Under the pieces are notes generated by a model, which worked only from the letters and a program-made list of their open reading frames with translations, had not been told where the DNA came from and ran no database searches. This document shows positions 29,497-39,749 of a stretch of DNA of 64,000 bases, piece by piece (within the stretch, counting starts at the first letter, position 1; each line of letters starts with the position of its first letter). A program made the translations under genes and the position numbers. This DNA comes from a virus. Lineage: Duplodnaviria > Caudoviricetes. The stretch lies in IMG/VR virus record IMGVR_UViG_3300009037_000004, positions 64,001-128,000 of that record. One strand, given 5' to 3'.

Positions 29497-30801
29497 CTAG
29501 TACCCGCTGATGTCCGTGCTGCCTTGGCTTACGGACATCGTGTTCTCCGAGTCAAAGGGGCTGCCTCCAGGATGCTGAACCGGATCAAGCCCCATCTCCT
29601 CCAGGTCCATGAGGGCCTGCTTCTCCAGCTCGTAGGGATCTGAAAACTCCTGCTCGAGCGCCCTCGCCGCATCGTAGTCCTCATCGATGTTCGCGGCCTT
29701 GTCGTTTCCCGTCAGGTACTCATCCACGTTGTCCCTGATCTTACTCCTCAGGGCCAGCGTCCTCTGTGGCTTCGGGACCACGACTGACTCGGGTGGGTTG
29801 GCGTAGGAGTCAGCACCAGCGATGCCCTTGGGAAAACGCATCTTCCGGTTCTGGAAGTACGTGTTCACCAGGCTCAGGAACGTGAGGTTCTGAGCCTGCA
29901 ACCCCATCGTGAGAGCGGCGGCGAACATGCTCGTACCAGATGCGATCCCCTTGGAGACCCCCTCGGCGACTGACGAGGTGTTCTGAGCATTGGCCGAAGA
30001 CTCTGCCGCGTTCCGTACCGCCTCGGTCGTGCTGGTGTACTCGGCCGCGGCCGAGGCGTAGGCGCTCAACTCGGAGGAGTCGTAGACCTCGGTCAGGTTC
30101 GGCATGGAGGGGATGCTGACCGCATGAGTGACTGGGTAGGCATCATCCCCAACCGTGCTCAGGTACATGTGGCTGGTCACAAAGAGCTGGAAGGAGAATG
30201 GGATGTGGTAGGGCATGTCCGCGTCATCCCGCGCACTCGCCCCCAGCATGTATCCCTCCACCACGATGTCATCGAAGTAGAGGTACATCCGAGCGTTCTG
30301 TTCGACTAGCTTGGTTCCCCGAAGGACGTTCTCGTAGTTGTACCAGAACTCTGTCCGCCAGTTGAAATCAAGGGTGTTCATCAGAAGGCCGGAGACGTTC
30401 AGGAGCCGTGGCCGCTCACCAAAGAAGAAGATGTAGGTGTCGCCGAAGGTCTCCAAGATCTGACTCTTCTCCTGCCGGCTTTCGTCCACCCGCTGGATGA
30501 AGAAGTTGGAGTAGTTGGTCGAGCTGGCAAGAGCGGAGGAACGATTGCCAGAAGTAAGCGTCTTCGATCCCGCCCCGGTCTTCGTCCCGGAAGTCCCGGA
30601 CTTCGATCCACCAGCGTCCGTGAGCGGGATTGCCTCTCCATTGGCCTTCAACACCTTGATGATGGCGTAGGTATCGTCCTTGATCTCAAACCCCCGAGTT
30701 GGCCGGCGCACCCCAGCGTAGAGCTCGGACTTCTTGGTGGTGGACAACTTGTCGAGGTTGTCCGCGAACTTGTCGGTTCTGATTTCGATGAAGGTGGCCA
30801 C
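29497..30801 (-). CDS. Tail tube-initiator/baseplate-like protein
   Basis: Position after tape measure; beta-rich N-terminal domain (QEKSQILETFG...YLYFDDIVVEGY...FSFQL). Confidence 0.4.
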   Translation of the reverse strand: MATFIEIRTDKFADNLDKLSTTKKSELYAGVRRPTRGFEIKDDTYAIIKVLKANGEAIPLTDAGGSKSGTSGTKTGAGSKTLTSGNRSSALASSTNYSNFFIQRVDESRQEKSQILETFGDTYIFFFGERPRLLNVSGLLMNTLDFNWRTEFWYNYENVLRGTKLVEQNARMYLYFDDIVVEGYMLGASARDDADMPYHIPFSFQLFVTSHMYLSTVGDDAYPVTHAVSIPSMPNLTEVYDSSELSAYASAAAEYTSTTEAVRNAAESSANAQNTSSVAEGVSKGIASGTSMFAAALTMGLQAQNLTFLSLVNTYFQNRKMRFPKGIAGADSYANPPESVVVPKPQRTLALRSKIRDNVDEYLTGNDKAANIDEDYDAARALEQEFSDPYELEKQALMDLEEMGLDPVQHPGGSPFDSENTMSVSQGSTDISGY

Positions 30802-30809
30802 CGCAACTC

Positions 30810-31022
30810 CTAGATCGAGATGTTCGTCTTGATAAGGTAGTCTTTGATCGCCCTGGGAGTCTTGGTCACATTGATCGTCTCACCAGACCGAAGGGAGAGT
30901 CCCTTGGCTCGAGCCAGCACTAGGTACGGGTCTTCGACCGTGATCGAGGTACGAAGGGTGACCGTCACCACCTTGCCGTTGGCTAGGGGGTAACGCCTGC
31001 TGACTTCTGTCCGGCAGTTCAT
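30810..31022 (-). CDS. Hypothetical protein
   Basis: 70 aa, ATGA overlap with tape measure stop. Confidence 0.5.
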   Translation of the reverse strand: MNCRTEVSRRYPLANGKVVTVTLRTSITVEDPYLVLARAKGLSLRSGETINVTKTPRAIKDYLIKTNISI

Positions 31023-34000
31023 GATGGCGGCTTCTCCTTCGGATTATCAACAACATCGATCTTATTGTTGTTGTTAATCATCGTGAGCTGCTCAAGCATC
31101 CGTAGGAGGGTCAGGTGCTGACCCTTCGGACTTCCAATAGCCTGGCCGGCTGTGTCGCCGGCGTTGTTCCGCAACTTGTTCACGGAATCGTAGAGGATGT
31201 TGTTCTTGGGATCTCCAAGTTGACCCAGCGATCTCGCGACGACCCGGGATTGCATGAGCTCCAATAGCTTCTGCGGGTTCTTATCCCGGATTGCCCCCAT
31301 GATCTCATCGGCGTTCTGTTTGGCGACAGGGTCCGACATGGGATCCAGAATCTTCTTCCGCGCCGCGTCAGCCGCTGCAGCATCCGAACCCGTCAGGGCC
31401 TTCATCGTCTCTCGTGAGATCTTGATACCCGTCAAGGCGTGGAAGGCGCCCATGGCCCTCTTGGGATCATCAATGAGGCCGCCCCGTCCGCGTTTGGTCA
31501 AAGCCGTAGCCATCATACCGCCCTGAACTGCGGTCGAGAGCATCTCCGCGCCGGGGACGTTCTTGATGATCTGGGCGACCTCTGCCATCTTCTCGGGGTC
31601 CGCCTGACCGGAAGCCTGGACGAGCTCCTTCACCCGATTCATCACGACTTCTGGATGCGCTCCCGTGTCATCCACCAGCTCCCGCACGATTTGACCAACC
31701 GATCGTCCGCCCCCTCCCTTGACTGCATCGAAGGCCGTGAGAACAGCTTCCTTCTGATCTCCCATGCTCTCGATCATGCGTTCGCGACGCCTGGTCAGCG
31801 TCTCCGTGAAAGCTAGACGCGACTTGTCTTGGTGCACCCCTCCCAACGCAGCCAGTAGTCCTTGAGACTCCTTGTACTTGGGATCTTTTGGATCGGTCAG
31901 GCGAGATACGACCTCCCGCTCTTCTTTGGACAAGTCCTTGTCGGACATGGTCATGAGCTTGGTGCTCAGATCAGAAATCGCCTTCTCCTTCTTAGCCTTC
32001 TCCTCCGGCGTTTTCGGCTCATAGTTGGTCCACCGAGCCAGATCTTGAAACTCCTTCTTCCCCTGCAACTTCCTGATCGTGTCTGGACTCACATGACGAC
32101 CACCTACCTCGACCATCGTTCCCGCCCCTCGGATGCCCATACCCTGCACCATCCGACCACGTTCAGTCATACCTTCAGCCAGCGCCTTCTCGGCCCCCTC
32201 CATACGTTGGCCCAGTATCTTCTCGGCCCCCTCAATCCCAGCCATGAGCCCAGTGACCCCTAGACCTTCCAATTCCCCAGTGACGTCCATCGCCCCGAAA
32301 CGGCCACGTTGCTCGCCCGTCTGGGCTGCCATAAGGCGATTCGCCTGCTGTTGCCGATCTTTCGTACCAGAAACGAGAGCACGCAGGTTGGCTCCTCCAA
32401 CACGCCCTTGCTGAATCTCCCGCACCATCGCATTCGCGAGATCTCGGCCCTGCAAACCCGTCGTGTGGGCAAGACGTGCGGCGGCCATCTGGTAGGTGTT
32501 GTCATTCATCTCCTCTTGGGCAGCTTTGATCGCTTTGGCTCCAGTCTCCATACTCGAGAACCCCAGAGCCTTGGCTCCACGCTCCCCAAACTTGCCAGAA
32601 GCCGCGGCAAAAGCGCCTTGCTCGGCTTGCTCGATGTCCGCCTTGGACATGGATCTGAAACGGTTCTGCTCCTCTGTCGTTCCGCCTCCGAAAAGGAATC
32701 CCATGGCACCGCCACGACGGGTGAATTTCATGGCGCCACCGCGCTCCGCCCCCGACACCAATCCCTGCTCCCGATTCGCTCGTTCTCGTTCCTCCGCCGT
32801 ATTGAAAGCGTACTCCCCAACCCCCATCTTTCGAAGTGTCTCAATCCTCCGATTGGTGAACTCTCCACCCCCAAACATACCTGGCAGCGCGTTCGACAGC
32901 ATATTCTGGGCGCCTGCTAAAGCCCCCATACCCTGGAATGATCTGGTCGCACCCTGCCCGACCAAACCGAGACCAGACCCCATCGCCCCGTATTGCTTCT
33001 CATACTGGCCTGGTCGCCCGAACATGACCTCCATCTGGGTCGTGTCCCCCATTGCTCCCTGCTGAAGCGCCCGCATCTCCGATCCACCAATTCCACGGAC
33101 GCGATGACGCATGGGAGTAGCGCCCCAGAACTTGTCAGTGGCGTGTTCATAGAAATGAGCGATGCCACGGGACATCTCCGCCCCGAACTTCTGGAGGGGA
33201 TCTTTGACGTTCTGATCAAACCACTTAGATGCCTGGCGTTTCACTCCCTCCCACGACCGGTTCATCACCTCATCGCGGTTTCGCATCTCCTGATCAAGGG
33301 AGGACGCTCCACGCGCCTCGTTCTCCTGCATGATCCTGGGTGCTTCCCGCGCCATCTCAGCCAGCATGTCGGACTGGCGAGCGGAGGTGCCGAAGTACCG
33401 GCTCATCAACCGGCGAGTGACATACTGATCTCTGGCCCCCTCCCCGTACATGCTTGGCCCGACAAGAGTGCGGATGAGACCGAGCTGGGCCTCCGGTCCC
33501 TGCTTGATGAGCTCGCCTCGGAGGTTCTGCTCATTCATCACGAAGTTGAACGCACCCTGCTTGCCGATGTTCCCTCGAGCCTGACCTCCAATCTCTCCCA
33601 ATCTCATGCCACCTTGAGTGAACCGCTGAAGAGCGCCCGTGTCGAGTCGGCTGAACTTGTCCCTCCCCAAGCCAGCCAGGAGCCATCTGGCAGTCCCACT
33701 GGCCGCGAAACGGGTTGTAGCGGCCTGAAGAGTTCCAGCCATTGACTGAATGGCCTCGGAGCCCTGAAGACCTCCTGTGGCCTCCGACATCTGCTGCTCA
33801 GAAACGGCCCCACCCCTGACTGCTCCCCCCACGAACTGCATCGTCTTGGCCATTCCGGCTGCCCCAGTCCAACCCTCAGCCCCGACCTGACGAGCCATGC
33901 CCGCTCCCTGGGCCATCATCTGCTGCGTCTGGGCCACGCTCATGCCGGTGGCTCCGGCGGTCTGCCGGGCCATCTGGGCACTCTTCACGATGTCCTGGGG

Positions 34001-34867
34001 TGTCCAGAAGCCCATCTGACGAGCCTGCTGGAAGAAGGGAAGGGCACCTTCCAGGGTGGTGTTCATCGTGGTAGAGATCTCTTTCAGAGACTTCACCATG
34101 TCCTGGAAGCGAGTCTTGAACTCCTTCACATCCTGGACCGCCCGGAACATCCCCATCCCAGTCCCAGCCTTGGCCACGCGGAGGAGCTCCTGGGGGCTGG
34201 ACATCATGTCCTGATGCCCCATCGTCCGCATCATGTCCGCGATTCCCCCAGACTGCTCTCGGCTGAACCCGAAACCACTCTCGGACTGGGGGTTCGTGAA
34301 GCGGAACTGACTGCCAAGGAAGTTCTGGACCTGACCTTGGTACTGGGCGCCCTGGACCATCTGACCGACGCCGTACTGAAGACCCGCGCCGATCGCCATC
34401 GGAGCCGCGGCAGCCATCAGACCGCCAGCCACGCCGCCAATCCCTGCCCGTGCGATCGATCCAATCCCACCCTGGGCGATACGACCCAAGTTCCCCATTA
34501 CCCCCATGCCACCAGAACGAAGGCCAGCTCCACGAGCAAATCCACCCAGGCCCTGGGAGAGAGGATCAAGCCCACCGATCATGCGTCCGACACCAGGAAG
34601 GAAAGAACCACCGATCATGGCGGCCGTACCCAAAGCTGGGAGGCCGATGTTACCCATGGCACTCAGACCCCTGACCCCCATCTCGTCCGCCCCGCCTTCC
34701 ACAGGATTGGTACCACCGTACCCTGCTCCAGCCATGGGGTTGGAGTACGTCGGAGTCGGGCCCTGCGCTCCCCCCGGCGTAATCTGCTGGGAGTAGCTAG
34801 CGAAGTTCCCGAACATGGCCTGCTGGCCACCGATCAAACCCGAGATTTGATGACTACTTATGGGCAT
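31019..34867 (-). CDS. Tail tape measure protein
   Basis: 1282 aa, G/A/M/Q-rich helical with hydrophobic GxxG segments, upstream of hub genes. Confidence 0.75.
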   Translation of the reverse strand: MPISSHQISGLIGGQQAMFGNFASYSQQITPGGAQGPTPTYSNPMAGAGYGGTNPVEGGADEMGVRGLSAMGNIGLPALGTAAMIGGSFLPGVGRMIGGLDPLSQGLGGFARGAGLRSGGMGVMGNLGRIAQGGIGSIARAGIGGVAGGLMAAAAPMAIGAGLQYGVGQMVQGAQYQGQVQNFLGSQFRFTNPQSESGFGFSREQSGGIADMMRTMGHQDMMSSPQELLRVAKAGTGMGMFRAVQDVKEFKTRFQDMVKSLKEISTTMNTTLEGALPFFQQARQMGFWTPQDIVKSAQMARQTAGATGMSVAQTQQMMAQGAGMARQVGAEGWTGAAGMAKTMQFVGGAVRGGAVSEQQMSEATGGLQGSEAIQSMAGTLQAATTRFAASGTARWLLAGLGRDKFSRLDTGALQRFTQGGMRLGEIGGQARGNIGKQGAFNFVMNEQNLRGELIKQGPEAQLGLIRTLVGPSMYGEGARDQYVTRRLMSRYFGTSARQSDMLAEMAREAPRIMQENEARGASSLDQEMRNRDEVMNRSWEGVKRQASKWFDQNVKDPLQKFGAEMSRGIAHFYEHATDKFWGATPMRHRVRGIGGSEMRALQQGAMGDTTQMEVMFGRPGQYEKQYGAMGSGLGLVGQGATRSFQGMGALAGAQNMLSNALPGMFGGGEFTNRRIETLRKMGVGEYAFNTAEERERANREQGLVSGAERGGAMKFTRRGGAMGFLFGGGTTEEQNRFRSMSKADIEQAEQGAFAAASGKFGERGAKALGFSSMETGAKAIKAAQEEMNDNTYQMAAARLAHTTGLQGRDLANAMVREIQQGRVGGANLRALVSGTKDRQQQANRLMAAQTGEQRGRFGAMDVTGELEGLGVTGLMAGIEGAEKILGQRMEGAEKALAEGMTERGRMVQGMGIRGAGTMVEVGGRHVSPDTIRKLQGKKEFQDLARWTNYEPKTPEEKAKKEKAISDLSTKLMTMSDKDLSKEEREVVSRLTDPKDPKYKESQGLLAALGGVHQDKSRLAFTETLTRRRERMIESMGDQKEAVLTAFDAVKGGGGRSVGQIVRELVDDTGAHPEVVMNRVKELVQASGQADPEKMAEVAQIIKNVPGAEMLSTAVQGGMMATALTKRGRGGLIDDPKRAMGAFHALTGIKISRETMKALTGSDAAAADAARKKILDPMSDPVAKQNADEIMGAIRDKNPQKLLELMQSRVVARSLGQLGDPKNNILYDSVNKLRNNAGDTAGQAIGSPKGQHLTLLRMLEQLTMINNNNKIDVVDNPKEKPPS

Positions 34868-35036
34868 GGGGCCTCGACCTGCTCTTGGTCAGCGTAGCTC
34901 GGTGGCCTGAAAATCGCAACGAGTCGGTGGGATAAGAGTAGTGTGGTGGAAAGGCCACTACCACAAGGATCACCGTCACCCGGTGTGCCGCCTCCGGGCG
35001 AGTAAGGACCGGGTGGAGAGCTCCGGGCGATCCGCT

Positions 35037-35210
35037 TTACCTCAGACCCCACTTGAGCTCATACCGCCGCGCCTGCTCCACCTCCAACTCCCGGATAATC
35101 CTGCGGGCGATGATGCGCTCCTTGGCATTCCCCATCCGCAGGAGACGCTTCTCTTCTTTCAGACGTTCCGCGAGCTCATCGTCCTTCAGGGACTGGTGGC
35201 CGGAGCGCAT
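35037..35210 (-). CDS. Small basic hypothetical protein (57 aa)
   Basis: Hand translation MRSGHQSLKDDELAERLKEEKRLLR...WGLR*. Confidence 0.5.
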   Translation of the reverse strand: MRSGHQSLKDDELAERLKEEKRLLRMGNAKERIIARRIIRELEVEQARRYELKWGLR

Positions 35211-35419
35211 TCAGCTTCTCGATCATGGAGCAGCTTCCAAGCCAGATAGGTCTTCAGGATCGATCGCTCCATCTTCATCAGGGCTTCGTTTCCCTGACCC
35301 ATGAACCACTGCTGGAAGCGGCCCAGCTCGGCATCCATCGCTTCGGCAACTTCGACCTTCGAGCTTTGATCCAGCCCGCGTGGGAGATCTAGTTCAATCC
35401 TCATGTTGTAATCAGCCAT
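35186..35419 (-). CDS. Hypothetical protein
   Basis: 77-aa ORF directly behind a sigma70 promoter. Confidence 0.6.
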   Translation of the reverse strand: MADYNMRIELDLPRGLDQSSKVEVAEAMDAELGRFQQWFMGQGNEALMKMERSILKTYLAWKLLHDREAECAPATSP

Positions 35420-35425
35420 GCCCCC

Positions 35426-35454
35426 ATCGTAGGGCGGTGTAGATTGTGCGTCAA
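35426..35454 (-). promoter_or_regulatory. Sigma70-like promoter, leaderless geometry
   Basis: TTGACG-N17-TACGAT-GGGGGC-ATG. Confidence 0.6.
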
Positions 35455-35503
35455 GACAGGTATAAGAAGAGCATCGAGAGACACGTAGCTAACAGGAGGA
35501 GTC

Positions 35504-36880
35504 ATGCAAGAGTTTCGACAATCCCACGGACGAACCGGGGAACGGTACTGGCAGATCGGGTTCAAAGCTCCGCCAGGACAAGCCCCAGAGATCGTGGCCA
35601 CAGCATGGGGCGCTATCGTAGACGGCAAGCACAAAGAACACGGTCGGACGGAGGACCGACCTGGACCGAAGGGGAAAGCAGGCACCAAGGCATTCATGAA
35701 CGCAGCGGAGAACGCTGTCTTCATGCACGAACGGTCGATCAGAAAGAAGCTGGAGGAAGGGTACGTCGAAGTTGGCTTGGACGGCCGACCGCTCATTGGT
35801 GGGCCGGTGGAGACTCCCTCACTCGATCATCGCTACTGGCTGCCCAAGAACCTTTGCTTCTCCAAGCCACGCAACAGCATGACGCAGGCCCGCATCCAGG
35901 CTTTGGAGGACGCCAATGATCTTCTCTTCACCAGGAAGATGAACGGCATGATGGTCCCCGTCCATGTCAAGAACGATGGGATGGTGGATTTCTACAGCCG
36001 CCGGATGGACAGAATGACTGCCCACTTCCCTCACCTCGAGCGGGCTTTAGGTCCGTTGGGTATATGTCTTCCCCCAGACAGCATCCTCCTCTTCGAGGCA
36101 TTCTTGGGGGAGGGCAACGCGAAACCCGACCTGTTGAAGGTCCAAAGCGTCATGCGTTCTCTTCCTGGTCGGGCGCTCGAGCTCCAGGACGAGCACGGCC
36201 CCATGAAGTTCTACCTCTTCAGGATCCCTGTCTGGAAAGGCATAGACTTGGAGAAGAGGAACACCTGTGGGCAGCAGGCGGAACTGATCGAGAACACCTT
36301 CCACGACCGTTTCATGGGGTGGCGAGATGAGTACAAACCCTGGTCGAAGATCCAGTTCCTCTACACCCTCCAGAGCTTCGAGGGCACCGCGCCAGAAGCT
36401 CTGGCAGAAGCGGAGGAGCACGGGTACGAGGGTTGGGTCTGCTATCAGAAGTCGGCCATCATGGGGGACTACTCCTACGGCTTCCACGGCAAGCCAGACC
36501 GGCCGGCGTGCTGCTTCAAGCTGAAGCCGTGGGAGGAAGACGACTTCATCTGCTACTGGGACCCTGAGAAAGGCTCCAAGAAGCATCCATTGGGAAGCTG
36601 GGGTTCGGGGAAGAACAGCAAACGGGTCGGCACCCTCAGTCTCTACCAGCTCGATTCCTCCGGGGGCGAGGTCTACATCTGCGAAGTTGGGAGCGGGATG
36701 AGTGATGAGGACCGGGAGAGGCTGACCAATCCCGCCCTCTACCCGATGGTAGCGGAGATCAAGTACGAGACGAGATCCTACCGATCAGAGGGAGAGAAGT
36801 CCAATGCCCTCTCTCACCCACGAGTCGAACGCTTCCGGGACGACAAGACACCGGCTGAGTGCGTGAACGAGTCCCTATAG
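35504..36880 (+). CDS. lig: ATP-dependent DNA ligase with N-terminal WGR-like domain
   Basis: Motif I RKMNG, SRR, EG motif IV, FKLKP motif V, OB fold VGSG...EIKYE...HPR..RFRDDK. Confidence 0.85.
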   Translation: MQEFRQSHGRTGERYWQIGFKAPPGQAPEIVATAWGAIVDGKHKEHGRTEDRPGPKGKAGTKAFMNAAENAVFMHERSIRKKLEEGYVEVGLDGRPLIGGPVETPSLDHRYWLPKNLCFSKPRNSMTQARIQALEDANDLLFTRKMNGMMVPVHVKNDGMVDFYSRRMDRMTAHFPHLERALGPLGICLPPDSILLFEAFLGEGNAKPDLLKVQSVMRSLPGRALELQDEHGPMKFYLFRIPVWKGIDLEKRNTCGQQAELIENTFHDRFMGWRDEYKPWSKIQFLYTLQSFEGTAPEALAEAEEHGYEGWVCYQKSAIMGDYSYGFHGKPDRPACCFKLKPWEEDDFICYWDPEKGSKKHPLGSWGSGKNSKRVGTLSLYQLDSSGGEVYICEVGSGMSDEDRERLTNPALYPMVAEIKYETRSYRSEGEKSNALSHPRVERFRDDKTPAECVNESL

Positions 36881-37063
36881 CTGGGCTTGGATGAAGACCT
36901 TGCCGCAGCGAGAGCAGGCGTACTTCCCCTTCTCCGTGTTGCTCTCGACCGCGTAGCCCAGCTTGCACTTGGGGCAACGAACCTTTCGGAACGCTCCCGG
37001 GTGCCCCGTCTTCTTCACCACGATCTGCTGGCGTTTGGTCTTGCTGGTAATGATCTTGGCCAT
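36875..37063 (-). CDS. Zinc-ribbon protein
   Basis: CPKC...CSRC. Confidence 0.65.
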   Translation of the reverse strand: MAKIITSKTKRQQIVVKKTGHPGAFRKVRCPKCKLGYAVESNTEKGKYACSRCGKVFIQAQL

Positions 37064-37064
37064 T

Positions 37065-37847
37065 CTACTCTCCGAAGACCGCAGCTCCTTCCGGGAGCTG
37101 CGGCGGTGGGGTTCCCTCGGGGGACCCTTCCTTAGCTTCGACCTCGGCGATGAACTTCTCGGCGTCTTCGATCACCGCTTTGTCGTAGGGCTCGCCCCGC
37201 GCCGCTTTCCCGAGCTCCGTGGCGAGACGCTGGGTGCGTTCGAGAAGCTCCTTGGCTGCCGCCTCCACCTCCGCTGGGTCGTTCCCATCGGCCTTGGCTT
37301 TCTCGGCAACCTTCTTGAGCTGCTCCTCCAGCGCCTTCATCCTCTTCTGCTCTGCCTCTTCCTTCTGACGTTTCTCGGCATTCAACTGAGCTAGCACCGC
37401 GAGGTCCTTCTCAACCTCGCCATGATAGTACGCCCAGTCCAGGCGGCGAACAACACTGCCCGTGGTGCTGGGATCGGCTGGGGGCAGGACAACATCTGTC
37501 ATCTTGATGGTGGGTTCCGGCAGAACCGCGATCTTGTCCAGGGACTTCCGAATCTCTTCCACCTCGAGCGCCAGAGCGTTGAGCACCTTCTGGTGCGCCC
37601 GGAGATTGAACTCGGAGGAGTCCAGACCGGTCTTGAGCTCCTGCTCATTCGACCACATCTGTTTGACCGTGGCCCCAGTTCTCTGATCCAACTCCTTCAT
37701 CACGCCCATGAAGTGGGCGAAGACGTTGTCAAGTTGTGCGAGAGTTACCCGCTGCCTTTTTCGATCCGCCACGGCTGGACGGGAGCCCGCTGATTTTTCG
37801 GCCTTTGGCTTTCCCTTCCTTGCGGCTTTCGTCTTTCGGTCGGACAT
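37065..37847 (-). CDS. Coiled-coil hypothetical protein
   Basis: 260-aa ORF. Confidence 0.65.
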   Translation of the reverse strand: MSDRKTKAARKGKPKAEKSAGSRPAVADRKRQRVTLAQLDNVFAHFMGVMKELDQRTGATVKQMWSNEQELKTGLDSSEFNLRAHQKVLNALALEVEEIRKSLDKIAVLPEPTIKMTDVVLPPADPSTTGSVVRRLDWAYYHGEVEKDLAVLAQLNAEKRQKEEAEQKRMKALEEQLKKVAEKAKADGNDPAEVEAAAKELLERTQRLATELGKAARGEPYDKAVIEDAEKFIAEVEAKEGSPEGTPPPQLPEGAAVFGE

Positions 37848-38109
37848 TGTCAGCCACCTCGCTGTTGTCGATCCGGGAAATCTCGTCCTGGATCTTGGTT
37901 ATCGGCCCTTGTTCGATCTCCCCCACGACTTCCCCAATCGCGGATTGGGGAACCACCATCCCGCCGCCCTCAGTCCTGATGCCCTGCTTCGCAGGCGCGG
38001 CATCAGTATCGATGAATCGTCGTAGATGATCAACCACTTCTTGCCAGATGGCCTGGTGGTGAAGGAGCTGACTTCGCTTGATCAGAATCTGCTGAAAAGG
38101 TGTTGTCAT
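37729..38109 (-). CDS. Hypothetical protein
   Basis: Start taken at MTTPFQQ; 3' end overlaps next gene. Confidence 0.55.
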   Translation of the reverse strand: MTTPFQQILIKRSQLLHHQAIWQEVVDHLRRFIDTDAAPAKQGIRTEGGGMVVPQSAIGEVVGEIEQGPITKIQDEISRIDNSEVADNVRPKDESRKEGKAKGRKISGLPSSRGGSKKAAGNSRTT

Positions 38110-38270
38110 CGCGGTATAAGGTCCTTGTCTCCCATCGACTAACGAGGTCGTCCGGCCGCCCACTGGCTGAAGAGATCTCCGCCGGAAGGTGTAGGGTTGA
38201 AGTCCCTGCTGAGGAGGCCGTGGGAAGGCCAGTACCGTGTTGTGCTGACCGGCCCCCACGTTTCTTTAGC

Positions 38271-38522
38271 CTACTTGCAGAGCCCATCGTACCGCCATGC
38301 CTTGTCCAACCGCTCCTGAAGAAGGTAGCCGCCTCGGGTGTTTCCCACGAGGCACGCCTCCACGCAATCCCTCTCATCCAGGGTGGGCTCTCGTAGGAAG
38401 ATCACTTGAGTCGCTTTCTGTCCCCGGGCTTGAGTCGCGGTTTGGATGGCTACCCATTCACGGATCGTCTCCCCTGTCCTGGTATGAAGGGGCATCTCAA
38501 GTAGTGCCAGTGGTTTCGTCAT
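38271..38522 (-). CDS. Hypothetical protein
   Basis: 83-aa ORF with RBS. Confidence 0.55.
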   Translation of the reverse strand: MTKPLALLEMPLHTRTGETIREWVAIQTATQARGQKATQVIFLREPTLDERDCVEACLVGNTRGGYLLQERLDKAWRYDGLCK

Positions 38523-38526
38523 CGTC

Positions 38527-39249
38527 CTACGCCCGGATGAAGGTCAGGAAACGATCGTAGAGCTGGGCTCCATTGCTCGTGTCCTTGATGATGTTCTTGA
38601 GCGGGTAGATGTGAAGACCGCGGTTCGCCCGTGCCTTGTTGATCTCTTCTCCACCCCGTGCTCTAGCCGCCTCCATTGACGTCTGGTACCGGATGTCAGT
38701 CGGGTGGTACTTGACGTAGATGTCCGCGTGATGCTCGAGCCTCACAAACATCCTATGGATCACTGCCGCCCACTTGGGGGGAGCTAGGAAGAAGAACAGC
38801 TCCCCCACCACGTCGTCCTGGCCCCACATCTTGTCGCAAGCGCGGCACATGAGCTGAGTCCCGGCCCGCTCGTGCGGGTAGATGATTCCCCCGCAGGTGG
38901 GTTCTGGGCAGAGGTAGAGCTTGTCGTCTCCTCCGCCATGCAGCTTGGAACCGCTGAGGTAGACCGACATCACGCCTGGGAAGGGCTTCCAGGTAGACCG
39001 CCCCTTCCCGAACTGGACCTCGACCTTGAACCTGGCCGTGAGCTGCTTCCCTCCGAACAGCCTGTCGATGGCCTGCATCTTCTCCTTGACGACTTCTCTC
39101 TCGCCAGGGGTGAGGTCATCGATGCTGATCGTGGGTTGCCCCATCCGCTCCTGAAGCCGTCTGCTCTCCTCCGGCCCGTAGAACTCCCCATCGACCCCCT
39201 CTCCCATGTGTCGAAACGGAGACATCTGATGCGGATTCGCGGGCATCAC
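38527..39249 (-). CDS. Zinc-finger-containing hypothetical protein
   Basis: CPEPTC...CRAC. Confidence 0.65.
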   Translation of the reverse strand: MMPANPHQMSPFRHMGEGVDGEFYGPEESRRLQERMGQPTISIDDLTPGEREVVKEKMQAIDRLFGGKQLTARFKVEVQFGKGRSTWKPFPGVMSVYLSGSKLHGGGDDKLYLCPEPTCGGIIYPHERAGTQLMCRACDKMWGQDDVVGELFFFLAPPKWAAVIHRMFVRLEHHADIYVKYHPTDIRYQTSMEAARARGGEEINKARANRGLHIYPLKNIIKDTSNGAQLYDRFLTFIRA

Positions 39250-39749
39250 TATCCTCCTTCACGGATGCCGTAGGCCCCCTTGTGACTGGGACCGCCCCGG
39301 CCGGGGCCCGGCATCCTGGGGTCGAAGACGAGGTTGCTGGCTGTTCTGCGGGGGCTGGCGCCGACGAGGGGGAAACTATCGATCGATCCTCGGCGGGCAA
39401 GCACCTTCGGTGCTGCCTTCAGCCCTTCCATCAGCAGCTTCGCCACCCGCCGAACGCTCTCCTCCGGCTTGTGGGACTGGAGGATGAAGTTCCATCCGTA
39501 GACCAGCTTCCCGCCTCGCATGAAGTACTGCTGGCAGACATGGGCACTCCAGTCATCCGCGCGGGCCAGGACATACTCAAGGATCGCCAGCCAAGTCCTC
39601 TTCTCCCCGACCCGATAGAGAACCTTGACGCCTGCCGCATCGGAGCTTGCCCTGACGACCCCAGCCACCCCGGTCTTATTGATCGCCCCCGCCAAGATCT
39701 CGGCTGGGGTGACTGTCTTTTCAACTTTCTTTCTAGCCATGGTCCTCAT
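39249..39749 (-). CDS. Hypothetical protein
   Basis: 166-aa ORF, coupled. Confidence 0.65.
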   Translation of the reverse strand: MRTMARKKVEKTVTPAEILAGAINKTGVAGVVRASSDAAGVKVLYRVGEKRTWLAILEYVLARADDWSAHVCQQYFMRGGKLVYGWNFILQSHKPEESVRRVAKLLMEGLKAAPKVLARRGSIDSFPLVGASPRRTASNLVFDPRMPGPGRGGPSHKGAYGIREGG

